This document shows, piece after piece, positions 37,401-47,885 of a stretch of DNA of 64,000 bases (the first letter of the stretch is position 1; every line of letters starts with the position of its first letter). The translations under genes and the position numbers were made by a program. Origin of the DNA: Amoebophrya sp. A120 (lineage: Eukaryota; Protista; Dinoflagellata); assembly GCA_905178155.1 (NCBI GenBank), contig CAJINV010000003.1, positions 10,266,064-10,330,063 on the forward strand, given 5' to 3'. Below the pieces are notes generated by a model, which had not been told where the DNA came from, made no database searches, and saw only the letters and a program-made list of their open reading frames with translations.

Positions 37401-40400
37401 ACGGGTACGAGACGGGGTGGTCTTCAAAATTGATTGTCATGCTTGGCTCCGCCTGGAACTCGAACTGGTACTGGATGTGCGTCGTGTGATTTTGATTAAT
37501 TCTGATTCAGGCATCCATACTTGAGCATCACAAGTCTCCAGACCCAGACATATTTACAATCCATACCAACTTTTCGGTGGAAATTCTTCGAGCAGCGCGA
37601 GTGCAGGAATGACGGATCGGTCTCAACTATCGGGAGAGACGTTGGCGTGCGTGGAAGTAGAGTCGCTTCAACAGCAGCAGGAGCAGCTCCCCCTTGCCGA
37701 TCAAATACTGCACTACTCTCGTCGCGGAAAGAGGAAGACCACAAGCAAGTCGACCCACAGTTACGAGGCGCAGATGCAGCGAGCGCTGCAGGAGCAGCAG
37801 CTTGTAGTGTCGACCTTCGCGCGGGCTGGAATGACGATCGACGCCAGCCGGCTATGCGTGGGCTGTTTTCCGTCTAAGTTCGGTAAGGTTGCCCTATTCT
37901 CGCAAAGCAGCCTGTGGCCCGACCGCGATTTTCACCACATGCGAGGCAGCCCAGCGGGGCTGCCGTTCGCGGTGCCGCGGTTGGTATCGCTTCCCTTTCT
38001 CACGACGGCGGCGAAGGAGCGCATGCTGCCACGGCAGGGGTTTCGCTTCTTACTGCTTCTGCATGAGTCGTACCGATTGAGTCTTTTGCCGCTGCTAGTG
38101 CGGGAGAACCGGCTTGTGGCCACCTGCTACTACGTCGTCGAGAATCGCATTTCGTGCCAGCTCTTCGTGGAAATTCTCGGTCAGCACTGCCTGCAGACAA
38201 ACCAGCTCTCGCAGCTGCTAAACTTTTTCCTACGGTCAGGTGCCGGAGAAGAGCACGATGAGGCCGTGGAGGATACCAGAAATTTGTTGAACGAGTGCGC
38301 CGACTACGCCCGTTCGCAGTCGAGAAAGGCATCGGTCCAGCTAAATAAACAAACTCGGCAGAATATGAATTCATCGAATACAACCGATGCACGCTCGCGC
38401 CTACCGGCCGCCACTTTGACAAATAGTAGCGCTGTACGCGGCGCACGCGCAGCTGGTGCGGGTACGTGTGCATCAGCTTCACGTTTAAGTATACAATCGT
38501 CCGGAGGCAAAAAAGCAGTAGCTTGTTCAGCTTCGAAATCTACGACAGGCACAGGAGCTCGTTGTTTGGCCCACCATGCAATTATTAGCGGCGCGACGAG
38601 GACCCCGAGTTCCGGGTCTCTCCCTCGCAATGAGGTCGCGCTATACTTGGACGAATTGAAGGAATTCTTGCGGGAACGGCGCGCACTGGATTTACTATAC
38701 AAGTACTGTTATGCAAATGCAAGACAGGAGAAGTATTGTGCTGTACAAGAAGGACAGCTATGCATCAAATGGAAATGCTTTAATATGCTTGTGCTAAAAG
38801 AAGGACAAAACAAACCCGAGTACGTGTACTAGCAAAGAGCGGCCGACCGTACTAGGTTTTGGTTTTCCTTGCCAGAACGTCGACCGCGAGGACCGCCTGA
38901 ACAACACACAGAAAAAATGAAAGGAAAGAAAACGAGCCAGTACCACCAGCTAGCACCGAAGTTTCTCTTTCTCGGTGTGTGTGAATATAGTACAAAGATG
39001 AGTTAGAAATGAAATACTAAAACTTCAAAAAAGCGGAGCAGAGCAAGACTCTTTCACTGTGCGTATGGAGCAAGCCAACGCTCTCGAGGTCCGCGGGCCG
39101 AAAGAGGAGTGCCGCGGACCAGATGAGGAAGTCCTCGGTGCTGAGGAGGAGATCTGCTGGACGCAGGAGCCTGTCCGCAGGGCGGAGGTGGGTCCGGGGC
39201 CGAAGGCGGAGGTGGTGGGTCCCCGGACTGAAGATAGTGCAGCAATCAGGGGCGGAGGTTCGGGGGTGGAGGAAGGAGGTCCCCGGGCCGGCGGAGCAGG
39301 GGATTCAAGCAAGAAAAGAAGGCCGTGCCCGGCGAAGGGGGAGGAGGAGGCTGGGACGCGGGTTGCCAGTGTCATACTTTCCTTTCTTTCACTTTTGGCA
39401 GGCCGTTGCGCATGCGCTCGCGTACTCGGGGGGCGCAGCACGCACTTGCCCGTTGGCGTTGGCATGCAAAACGTCGCAAACGCAAGGCGGGCGAGGGCGT
39501 CCACTAGATGATGATGATGATCCATTGGCAATGGATCTGGTAGCACGAGTGCGACACTTCTCTTGGGTGGATAGCTGCGTCTTCACTGGAGATCATGTGA
39601 ATGCAGGGCTGCTTTCAGTTCACCTGTTCATCATAAGCCAGTCGTGGGACTCACGGCTCGGGCATTTGCAGGATGCCCAAGCGCAGCTGCAGCAAGCACT
39701 CGACTTGTTTCTATTGCTTGAGCAACGGTCCTTGACAGGAGAAGGCGGTGGGGCTTTGCCGCACAGAGCCAGCACGGGCGCGCTACACGAGAAAAAAGAC
39801 GGCATGATCGGTGGAAGTCTTTTTGACATTAAGCAGACCGCCTCGGCGGTGTTACCTAGCGCAGCAACATCGAAGCTCACAAACGACCAGCTACACGGTG
39901 GAGAAAAACACAATTATCCATTCGTGCACGCCTCGAAGGGAAAGCTATCAGTGGTAGGCGCGCCGCGGAGTCACCACAATGCTGCAGGTTTGCACTTTCT
40001 GTCCTCACACAGGCACGCCGCTGGGAGTCACCTTCCCGTGCCAGACGACGGTTCGCCGACAGTTCGCCTGTCGCAAAGTAAAAATGGTTTCAAGAAAGAA
40101 AATCACAAATCCGTGACTGGACCAACAGGAATTTCAAGCAATCCGTTGTTACAACTGCGCACGGTGGATCTTCTAACTGGCAAAGAAGTGAGTGCACAAG
40201 AGATTGAACGGTTTCTCCGACTAGTGCAGTTCCAGACCTTGGTATGCGAAGTGATTCCTCGTGATCGGGCCCACCTATTTGACACGACGCTTTGGGATGG
40301 AGTCCACCAGAAGCGACAGAAAATGTCGCAGTTGGCCTTACTGCATCTTTCCAACGCCACGATCTCCCGGAGATGCGAGGTAGCCGAGAAGCTTCTGATA

Positions 40401-40880
40401 TCGGCCCATTTCCAACTTGCAGAACGCATCATGGAATTTTTGCAACTCCCAGTGGTGGAAATTTGCGTCCGTGCCAGTAACGAGCTCGCCACCACGGAAG
40501 CGCGCAAAGCGCGCTGTCAAGTGTCTCCGTTGCTCCGGTTTTTGGAGTCCGCAAAGAAGTGCCTCGATCACCAAAAGTGGGACCAGCAGGAGTGGGATAG
40601 CTTAGTGTCCAACATGGTGAACATCTGGATTCACGAGCGAAAGCAGTTTCCCGACGCAGGAGCGGACGCCGAGAAGCTGATTCGGTTTATGAAAGACAAG
40701 CGCTGCAAGTTGGATGCCTTCGTGCTGCTAGGGCATTTGGAGAATGCCTTTCAGATCGCCCGCAAGTTGGGGTCCCTAGAAGAAATTGTATACTTGAAAA
40801 AGCAGGCCCAACAGCACAAAAACTACCATCCGGACCTTTTGAAACAAATCAACGCCTATATCACCTATAATGCGAGGTAG
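13468..40880 (+). CDS. ZFYVE26: Spastizin/ZFYVE26 (SPG15)-like protein; inferred exons 13468-~16220, ~17945-18377, 18667-20335, 21250-24534, 25632-26197, 33648-35072, 35298-37271, 37548-38708, 39578-40880
   Basis: N-terminal NYFSLGQTELARA; internal LIVESLLMN and IRDQLIRDDQLDLALELC; C-terminal DHVNAGL..HL..A, RRCEVAEKLL..FQLA..I.EF.LP, EWD.LV, KLDAFVLLGHLENAFQIA..GSLEEIVY. These match the recalled spastizin C-terminal domain. No FYVE motif seen. Confidence 0.85.
16428..17568 (-). mobile_element. ~1.15-kb dispersed repeat, copy 2 (inverted), inside ZFYVE26 intron 1
   Basis: Reverse complement of 8881-10027 with shared ends aaataaaagaatcagg and ttctagata. Confidence 0.8.
18378..18666 (+). other. 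Inferred GT-AG intron of ZFYVE26
   Basis: ca|gtaac...gacag|g, phase 2 at both ends, joins ORF 17776 to ORF 18608. cag direct repeat; weak IR. Confidence 0.45.
20336..21249 (+). other. Inferred GT-AG intron of ZFYVE26 with terminal inverted repeats
   Basis: G[tagatc...gatcta]G plus inner caagccgag/ctcgagcttg. Phase 0 at both ends. Confidence 0.6.
24535..25631 (+). other. Inferred GT-AG intron of ZFYVE26 with inverted repeats
   Basis: IRs gtactag/ctagtac and gtagtgaggtc/gacctcactac; ggag direct repeat at both junctions; phase 0 join in frame. Confidence 0.55.
27149..28363. mobile_element. Nested inverted-repeat element with tgcaatt/tgcaca-rich core (27590-27905)
   Basis: ~70-bp IR: ggccctcaggcgtccgggcccgggccatct...ggcaatattccggcaatttt versus reverse complement ggccatcaggcgtccggacccgggccacct...ggcaatttttcggcaatttt. 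Confidence 0.75.
30315..31615. repeat. Tandem array of ~129-bp palindromic units (~9-10 copies)
   Basis: Each unit has two ttttgaaaagatg..catcttttcaaa hairpins separated by gataagtggctgctcactttcc and gacaacccgaacaacgcaaatatc. Copies are near identical. Confidence 0.9.
31845..32455. repeat. Degenerate ~84-bp-period double-hairpin array (~8 units)
   Basis: ~40-nt palindrome aaatttgaaaagatgc-N7-gcatcttttcaaatttt alternates with ~44-nt related linkers gaaaccacagaagag..ctcttctgcggcttc. Confidence 0.85.
35073..35297 (+). other. Inferred intron of ZFYVE26, probably non-canonical
   Basis: cgga direct repeat (35069-72/35294-97) and IR caaaagtat/atacttttg. Removing 225 nt restores the frame and deletes two in-frame stops. 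Confidence 0.55.
37272..37547 (+). other. Inferred GT-AG intron of ZFYVE26 whose splice sites lie within the TIR
   Basis: IR tgtctaggtctgga/tccagacccagaca (13/14 match). Phase 2 at both ends. Confidence 0.65.
38706..39574 (+). other. Inferred last intron of ZFYVE26 (ctg direct repeat, degenerate IR)
   Basis: Removal yields LYKYCVFTGDHVNAGL, a conserved spastizin block. An alternative GT donor at 38703 is also in frame. Confidence 0.75.
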
Positions 40881-41282
40881 AGAACAAGAACGAGTACGAG
40901 AAAATGTGTCGAGTAGTACTCAAAAACTTAAACTACAACTAGATGAACAAGCAGGGTCACATGGACGTGAAAAGAATTGTGACATGCGTTACCTTGTTGT
41001 TGTTCGAGTTCGCTACAGTCGCCAGTATCGCCTTTCACAGTCGAATTCATAATTTACCGCCCCGGTCATTAATCGGTGACTAGGAATGTACGCTTCGCAA
41101 CCGTAATGAGGCTCAGGGTGTCAACCGCAGCTTGCTGATACTCGGCAGAGGACAACAAGCGTAAACGATAAACAACATCATGAACGATTTATTATCAATG
41201 TCTATCTGCCATCGCGAGATCATCAGCGTGTGACCCGGAGCAGACTCTGTCTGCGTTCACTCGTTCATCTGGGACCGTTCGG

Positions 41283-42278
41283 AAATCTAAAAAATTGAAC
41301 GCATAATTTTCTTGCAGTTGCGGATCTTTTCTGCATTTGCGCACGTGTTTCCGCTGAGATATTTGCGCTCGTTTCTTGGCCCCTGTGGGCAGCGTGCGGC
41401 TTGATTCTCGTGACTCAGGCGGTTTATCTTTTGCGATTCGCGCACGTCGGGATCGGGAAGATGCGCAATGCTACTCGTGCCCGGCGATCGGGGGCCGGCC
41501 GCGAAATTTCAATTGGCACGCAGCGCGCGCTTTGGCCATTTGCTTTGAAAGGGCGCGCGCGTCTTCTCGTGCTCTGCCTCCGTCCGGGGCCGGGAAAAAA
41601 CTGCGCGCTTATTTCGGCGCCATCTTTATTGGGAGCGGTGCTGGTGTGTGCGTGTTTCTTAATTATCGCTCAGCGACCGGAAAAAAATTTGGCGCGCTGC
41701 GCACGCACATGTGCCCGGGTTTGGGGAGTTGTGACGCCCTTTTCTTGTCCGGCAATCGGGGGCCGGCCGAGAAAAAAGCTTTAAGTTACTTTGTTCGGTC
41801 GCGCGCTGTGCGAGCGCAAACGCCCCGACCCGAGGGTGCGTCAACTTGCTTATTTTCTTTCGCATCTGGCGCCGCCGATCGGGGGCCGGCCGAAAAGCAA
41901 GCTCTCCCTTTCGCTGCGTGCGCGCAGGCCCTTTGTCCGGGCAGGCGCGGGCGCCTTTTTTTTCATGTCCTGTAGCCGCAGGCGGGCCGAGAAAATTTTT
42001 TCGCGCACTACAGCGCGCGCGCAACCGCTGAGGCCGGAGGGCGCAGAAAATTTTTTTCGTGTCGGACAGTCGAGGGCCCGCCGGAAAAAAATTATTGGCA
42101 CGCTGCGCGCGCGCGGACGCCTTGGCGACAGAGCGCGGAGTGTTTGCTTCTTGTCGAGCAATCGTGGGCGTGCCGGAAGAAAAATTCTCGCCGCGTGCCG
42201 CGGCGCGTGGCCAGCACATAGGACCTTGAATATACTCGAAACATAGGATAGTCCATCGTCGTTCGGTTTTTCAAATTG
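41283..42278. mobile_element. IR-bounded GC-rich element with recurrent gcRatcgggggccggccg-aaa motif
   Basis: Ends aaatctaaaaaattgaacg / cgttcggtttttcaaattg. Motif copies near 41484, 41752, 41875, 42070 and 42158. Confidence 0.5.
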
Positions 42279-43510
42279 TTGCTTTTAGCAGGGTATCCAG
42301 ATCCACGAAAAAATCCTCCTCCTCGACTTGAGCAACAGCCAAACCCTAAACCCAGCAAAAAGCTGAGCCCATTAAATTCACTTCGACCATGTCGACGTCC
42401 GTGTCGTTGTCGCTCTCGTCCGGTGTAATTTCTAGCGCTCACGGACAAGAGACAGGGCCTTTGGAAGCTTAGCGCGTAGATTTGGGTTTCTTAGATCAAG
42501 ATCTCAGGAAGAGGGGCAGGTTTTTGTAGCCGTCAGGGCAGTGCCTCTCTGTCAGCGTTTCTGGTTGCGCAGCACGATATGTTGAGCTACAACCCGCTGT
42601 CCGTAAAGATTCTCTTGCATCTTCTACTAACGATCCTATCTGTTTCGCAGCTTCAAATTATTTCACTTCGGTGTTCGTCATATTGATGCGTTTGCCTAGG
42701 TGTGCCACTTACTTCTTCCCGTTTTGTCGGTCGTCCGGAATAGAAATTTATCTGCCCTAATTCTGTTGCTGTTCCTGTGTTGTCGTCAAACAGCGCAGCA
42801 ACCACGTAGAAGATCATAGCTTAGAAAAACAAAGAAGACGCCAATCGTGACACGACTTTGTTTCTGTTGTGCTGGACGCAGAACAAGAAGTCGGTGATCG
42901 CTCCATCTTACCTTTTTTTCGGTTAGTGCCTTTAAGCTTTTTAGTTTTACAACTTGCTAATCGTTCGTATTTTTCGTACACCTGGTGGTCGTGCAACACA
43001 AGAATCGTGCGGGCCGTCCTTCGGAGAGGTAGAAGCTATGAACCCTCAAGCTCAACATGAAACTGAAAGCAAAAAAAAAATACTTAGAATAGCCTATTGT
43101 GGTCGTTTTCGTTGCGCCTGAAATAAATCATCTGGAGCATCAACGTCTCTTTCTCTATAGTATTGATTTTGTTTATGCTTTTCAATTTCATTCTTCCAGG
43201 CGCTCGCTGCGTGCTGATGCTTCACTGACTAATTCCATTGTCCCCAGCGCAGTGATTTTGTATTCCCCTTTTGTAGAAGACGTTGATGCAGCCCTAGCTT
43301 TTGTTTACTCAAAGTGTAATCCTGCTGATTGACTTACATACACCAACGTTGTCCTTGTTGTAGCAGCTCGAGCACGTAGTTATTTTCTCTTCAAATGTAT
43401 ATGTATTGACTGTTAGTTGTTTTTTTACCATTTTTGATCTTCAACGACAAGGTACGTCGCTAACCAACACTTGTAGTGAGCATTGATTGGCTTTGCCTTT
43501 GCATACGTGT

Positions 43511-44497
43511 ATGGTTCCCGGGACGGAAGGCGGCCCCTCCTCAGGGGGCCCCAGTGAAGCAATCATGTCTACCGGATTCGGAAGCCATAGTTATAACGCC
43601 CACAGCCACGGCCAACAGCTGCGTGGGCCTGGTGAGGAGCTCCCTCTCTTGAAAGACTGGACCCAGCAGATGGAACAAGCCCGGGTATGGCGCATTCTGA
43701 AGGCAAAAATGCTTACGCCCTGGCGCAGTCAGGGGTATTGCCGGGCACTTTGTGCGTTTTACGTGTCTCTCATTGCGTACCTAGTCACCGTCAGCTACGT
43801 CATGTCCACTCGCTTGCAGCAGCATCCGGTTCCCAGTCGCAATTGGGGTTGCCACTACATCCACCAACTACCCAGCGCTTTCCTGAGAATATTCCGTAAG
43901 GCTTGTTTCTTCATGTTATGAAAAGTTTCATCGAACAGCATCGCAAATAAAAATATCCCTTTATTTACTAGCTCGAGCTCATTTCGTTGATGTTCAAGAT
44001 TTTGAGAAACTGATGTGCACCAACTGCAATCGGAATCACCGACTTTCTTGTGCGAGGGGAATCGTTCCGGTGTTTTTTCTTTGTGAAGCCGCAGAAGAGG
44101 TATATTGATGGCGATATCATCTGGTCGTGAAGGAACTTCATGAAAATAAAATTAAAAACTTTCTACAGTGGTTCCGATTCCGCTGGCTTCCTTGTTGTTT
44201 GGAATCGGTGTGCTGCGGTACCCGTTGACCACCTGGATGAATGCGCTGGTATGTTTCTGCCACGCGTTCTGCGGACTCTGCATTGCGTTCATCTTCATTG
44301 TGGACGAGCTACCCGGGTTCGAGGCGCCACTAGACTCCTATGGCTTTCGTAGCTACACGCCCTTTCACTTCGTTCCTGCCACCGTTGGTTATTGTTTCGT
44401 CGAGGCCGGTCGAGACATCGCTTGTCTAGTTGCGATCGCTGACGCCGTGGTAGTTACTATGACCTACAAGCAGTGGCGGAAAAGCACGGTATATTAA
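43511..44497 (+). CDS. Multi-pass membrane protein of unknown function, 2 exons (43511-43895, 44169-44497)
   Basis: Canonical phase-1 intron c|gtaagg...ctacag|tg joins two ORFs with about four hydrophobic segments. Confidence 0.7.
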
Positions 44498-44900
44498 ATG
44501 GCGACTCAGACTTTTTTGTGTCGCTGGTCGGATTATGTCTTTTAGAGTGAGAGAATTACACCGGGTACAACTTCAACTTGTGGTTGTGTTCTTTTCTTTA
44601 TGTCGCTGCGGCTGCTGGTCACAAGATCCAAAACCGATGATGATCGGAGCGCGTCCGCGTGGCGCACCACCTTGAGCAGGTCGTGTGCACTCCTTCGGAT
44701 TGCATTTCTGAGGGCGTGGCTTGTTCACAGGGATCTGCAAACGTAAAGTGGCCGTCGCGGTCACCAAAATCACTGCCTTTAGATGTTCTCGCAACTTGAG
44801 CATGATGACGGTGATGAAGCTGAAGAATGAAATGGACAATACGAATACAAATAACCTGAAATAGAAATACATTTATTTCTAATGTATTTTTCCACCAGAA

Positions 44901-47358
44901 CGGTACGCGCTGAGGCCCAGAAATATTCGTAGTAGCATCGTGATTTGGGTCAAACCTTGCGTATATACCCGGGCGTGGTGCCCTCGTGGAACAGCTTTTT
45001 TGACGCTGTGCAAATATAAGGACTTTATTGGCCTACGCGCGCCATACCATGCGGGTTGGCTCTTCGGAGTCTTCTGGTTTTTGCTTTTGTCTTTTAGGCA
45101 CGTCTTTCCGGGATCCCGGGATTTTCGGGATCCCGGGATTTCTCGCGAAACTGGTGAAAAAGTGGAAAAGTTGCGTTGTTTTGACAGCGAATCACGATGG
45201 TAGGCCCTCTTTTTCACGAGCTTTTTCACCGTGAAAAAAATCGTGAAAAAGCGCACCAATTGCGTCGCGAATCGTGATGCTACGGGCCTGTTTCCGGAGT
45301 TGGTTTTTCCTGGTTTTCCGCGATATTTCGCGAAAGCCGCGCAGCCAAATCACGACGGCAGGGCCCTTTTTTCACGATGTGTCTCACCGTGACACAAATC
45401 GGAGAAAGCGTTGCGCATCTATCTCGAACCGCGATGGTATGCGCCGGCTTCCGGAGTTGGTTTGCGTGGTTTGTCGCGATCGCCGCGTTTGTGAGTCTCG
45501 ACGGGGCGATCGCGACGGTGTGGCCCGTGTTTCACGGAGCGCCCCCCCTTGCGACGCTTCTCGCCAGGCTTGTGGGCGGTGTCGCGGGGACCCAATCACG
45601 AACGTGACCGCGCACCGCGGCACATGTGGGCAGTATTTGTATTAATTTCCGTTGCGCGCCCGGGCGCGTGTCTATTTTTCCCTTGCCGACCCCTGCCGGC
45701 GCCCGCGTGTCAGAATCCGCACGCCCTACCAGCGCGCGGCCAGACGACATACGGCTCCGACGGCTCGGCGCACTGCGTGCCCTGGCGCATGTGGGCGCCA
45801 GCGCTTGGGGGCAATATTTCCCCGTGCGTGATGAGGGCAGTATTCCCCGCCACACTTCTTGGCTTTGCCTGTCGCGCGTTATGTGTCTTCGGTTCTTGCT
45901 TGCGCATTCGCCTCACGCTTCATGTCTGCCTGGTTTGGTTGGTTGCTGGTTGTCAATACGCCCGAACGACAACGATGCACCAGAACGACAACGCGCGACC
46001 CCGCCGCGAGTTGTCGCTCTGGGGTATTGAGAGCCAACCCGCATTCACAGCCAACCCACAACCAGCACCGCCGCCGCGAACTCCCTCGGCACGCCCGCCC
46101 GCGTATCGCGGCCGCGCTGGCTGCCGGGAATGTGATGGCGCGCGCGGGCAGCATTTCGGCTGCCCCTCTCTTTCCCTTCGGCCCGCGCCGAAGCACTACG
46201 GCTGGGGACGCTTTGGGGCCCCTCGGCGCCGCGCGCGGGCGCCTCAGTGTGGTGGGCCTTGCTACCCGCCGCGCTGCCTTACGGCTCGGGCCCGCCCGGC
46301 CTACGGTTGCGGCCCCCCGGACGGGCGGACCACTTACAGAACAGCCACCACCGAGGGGCGCGGCCAGGCTGGCGCCCAACAGAAGCGGCGCAGTGGTTAG
46401 GTCCGTGGTGAGACCCGCGGGCGCAATAGCTGTGCGCAACAGGAGCCGCGCAATGGTTAGGTCCATGCTGAGGCCCGCGGGCACAGTAGCTGCAGTTCCC
46501 CCCCCCTCCCAAACAAGATGGCGGACCAGCGGGCCATCCACAGCACTCCTCCCCCCAACCAGCAATGCGGGCGGCCTGCAAGGCAGGCGCCTAGCACGTG
46601 GGCGGCCCCCTGCGTGCCCACGGCCAAAACAAATCGGGCGGAGTAGACCAGCAAGGCAGCCGACTCTAAGCCCCAAAGGCTGGGGCTTCCCGCCTCTTTT
46701 CCCCAAAGCTGACTGAAACCATCCAAACGCGCTGGACGGTGGGGCCTCCCAAGCTTGCCCCTTACAGGCAGGTAACTAAGAAGGTGGAGGCCCGTTCCGG
46801 ACCTGATAGGGCGGGAGTGGGGGCCCCCTGCGGGCGGGGGCGGCAGGGAGGCGGGGCTCCCTTGTGGGCAAGGAGGGCCGCGGGGGCCCCCCGCGGGAGG
46901 GCAGGAGACCGCTTTCGGCCGCCAGCCCGCTGGAGGCGGGGGGCCCCCTGCGCGCAGGCAAGGAGGCAGGGGCCCCCCTGCGCGTGGGCAGTGAAAGAAG
47001 GAGGCGGGGGCCCCCCTGCAGCCGCCGTACCCAGCGGCCGGGAGGGCGGGAGCCGGGGGGCCCCCCCTGCAGGCGCGATGCCCAGCGGGCGAAAGGGTGG
47101 GAGGGGGGGCGGGTAAGGAGGCGGGGGCCCCCTGCGCGTGGGCAGTGAAAGAGGGAGGCGGGGGCCCCCCTGTAGGCGGGATACCCAGCGGGCGGAAGGG
47201 CGGGACCCGGGGGCCGGGGCCCCCCGTGGGGAGGATACCCAGCGGGCGAGAGGCGGGAGGGCGGGGGCCCCCTGTTTTCCCCGAGGGTATGCTCGACGCA
47301 AAAATAGCAACCTTCGCCGTGCCATCGTGTTAAAAAGCCTGGGCCTCAGCACGTACCG
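44901..47358. mobile_element. ~2.5-kb IR-bounded element with tcacg/cgtga-rich and gggggccccc-rich blocks
   Basis: IR cggtacgcgctgaggcccag/ctgggcctcagcacgtaccg (19/20 match), weakly extending to ~44865/47420. Confidence 0.7.
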
Positions 47359-47885
47359 GTCTCTTTTCCAAATGCTTACTAATACATGCGCGGCACCAGG
47401 ATAAGAAATCTAAATGAGTTCATTAATTACTATCTTCGAGCGGCTGGCGAGGGCGAGCTTGTGAGTCCAGGAAGAGAGAAGATAAGGGTCGGCAGGTTAA
47501 TAGGTATGCGAGGGCTGGGTCCCGCCTCATCCTCAATGCGTCGCTATAATGCATCTCCTTTCCTAATAAAAGCGGGCAAGCGCCCCGTCTCGGCTAAACG
47601 CCGCCCGAATCGATTGCGCGATCGAAATGCTCCCCGCCCTCCCGCCCTGGAGTGGTGTCAGGAACGCGCGTACTCGCTGGTAGGCTTTTGTTCCTACCCT
47701 CTTCCCCATCGCTGTCAGACGAGTATGCGCCCTACCGCCTTGACAGAGCGGCGTCGGCGCAAGACATGTGATACAAATTCCCTTGAAGTCGATAAAATGC
47801 GCATCTGATTCATCTGAACGAAGCAGATTCGATCGATGTTGTTGAAATATCAAAACTTCAGGCGGACCATGAAGAGGGGGAAGGC

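Noticed and set aside
45549-47404. Long Pro/Arg/Gly-rich ORFs (also 48.5-51 kb and 59.7-61.4 kb)
   Set aside because: Artefacts of very high GC repeats, open on both strands.
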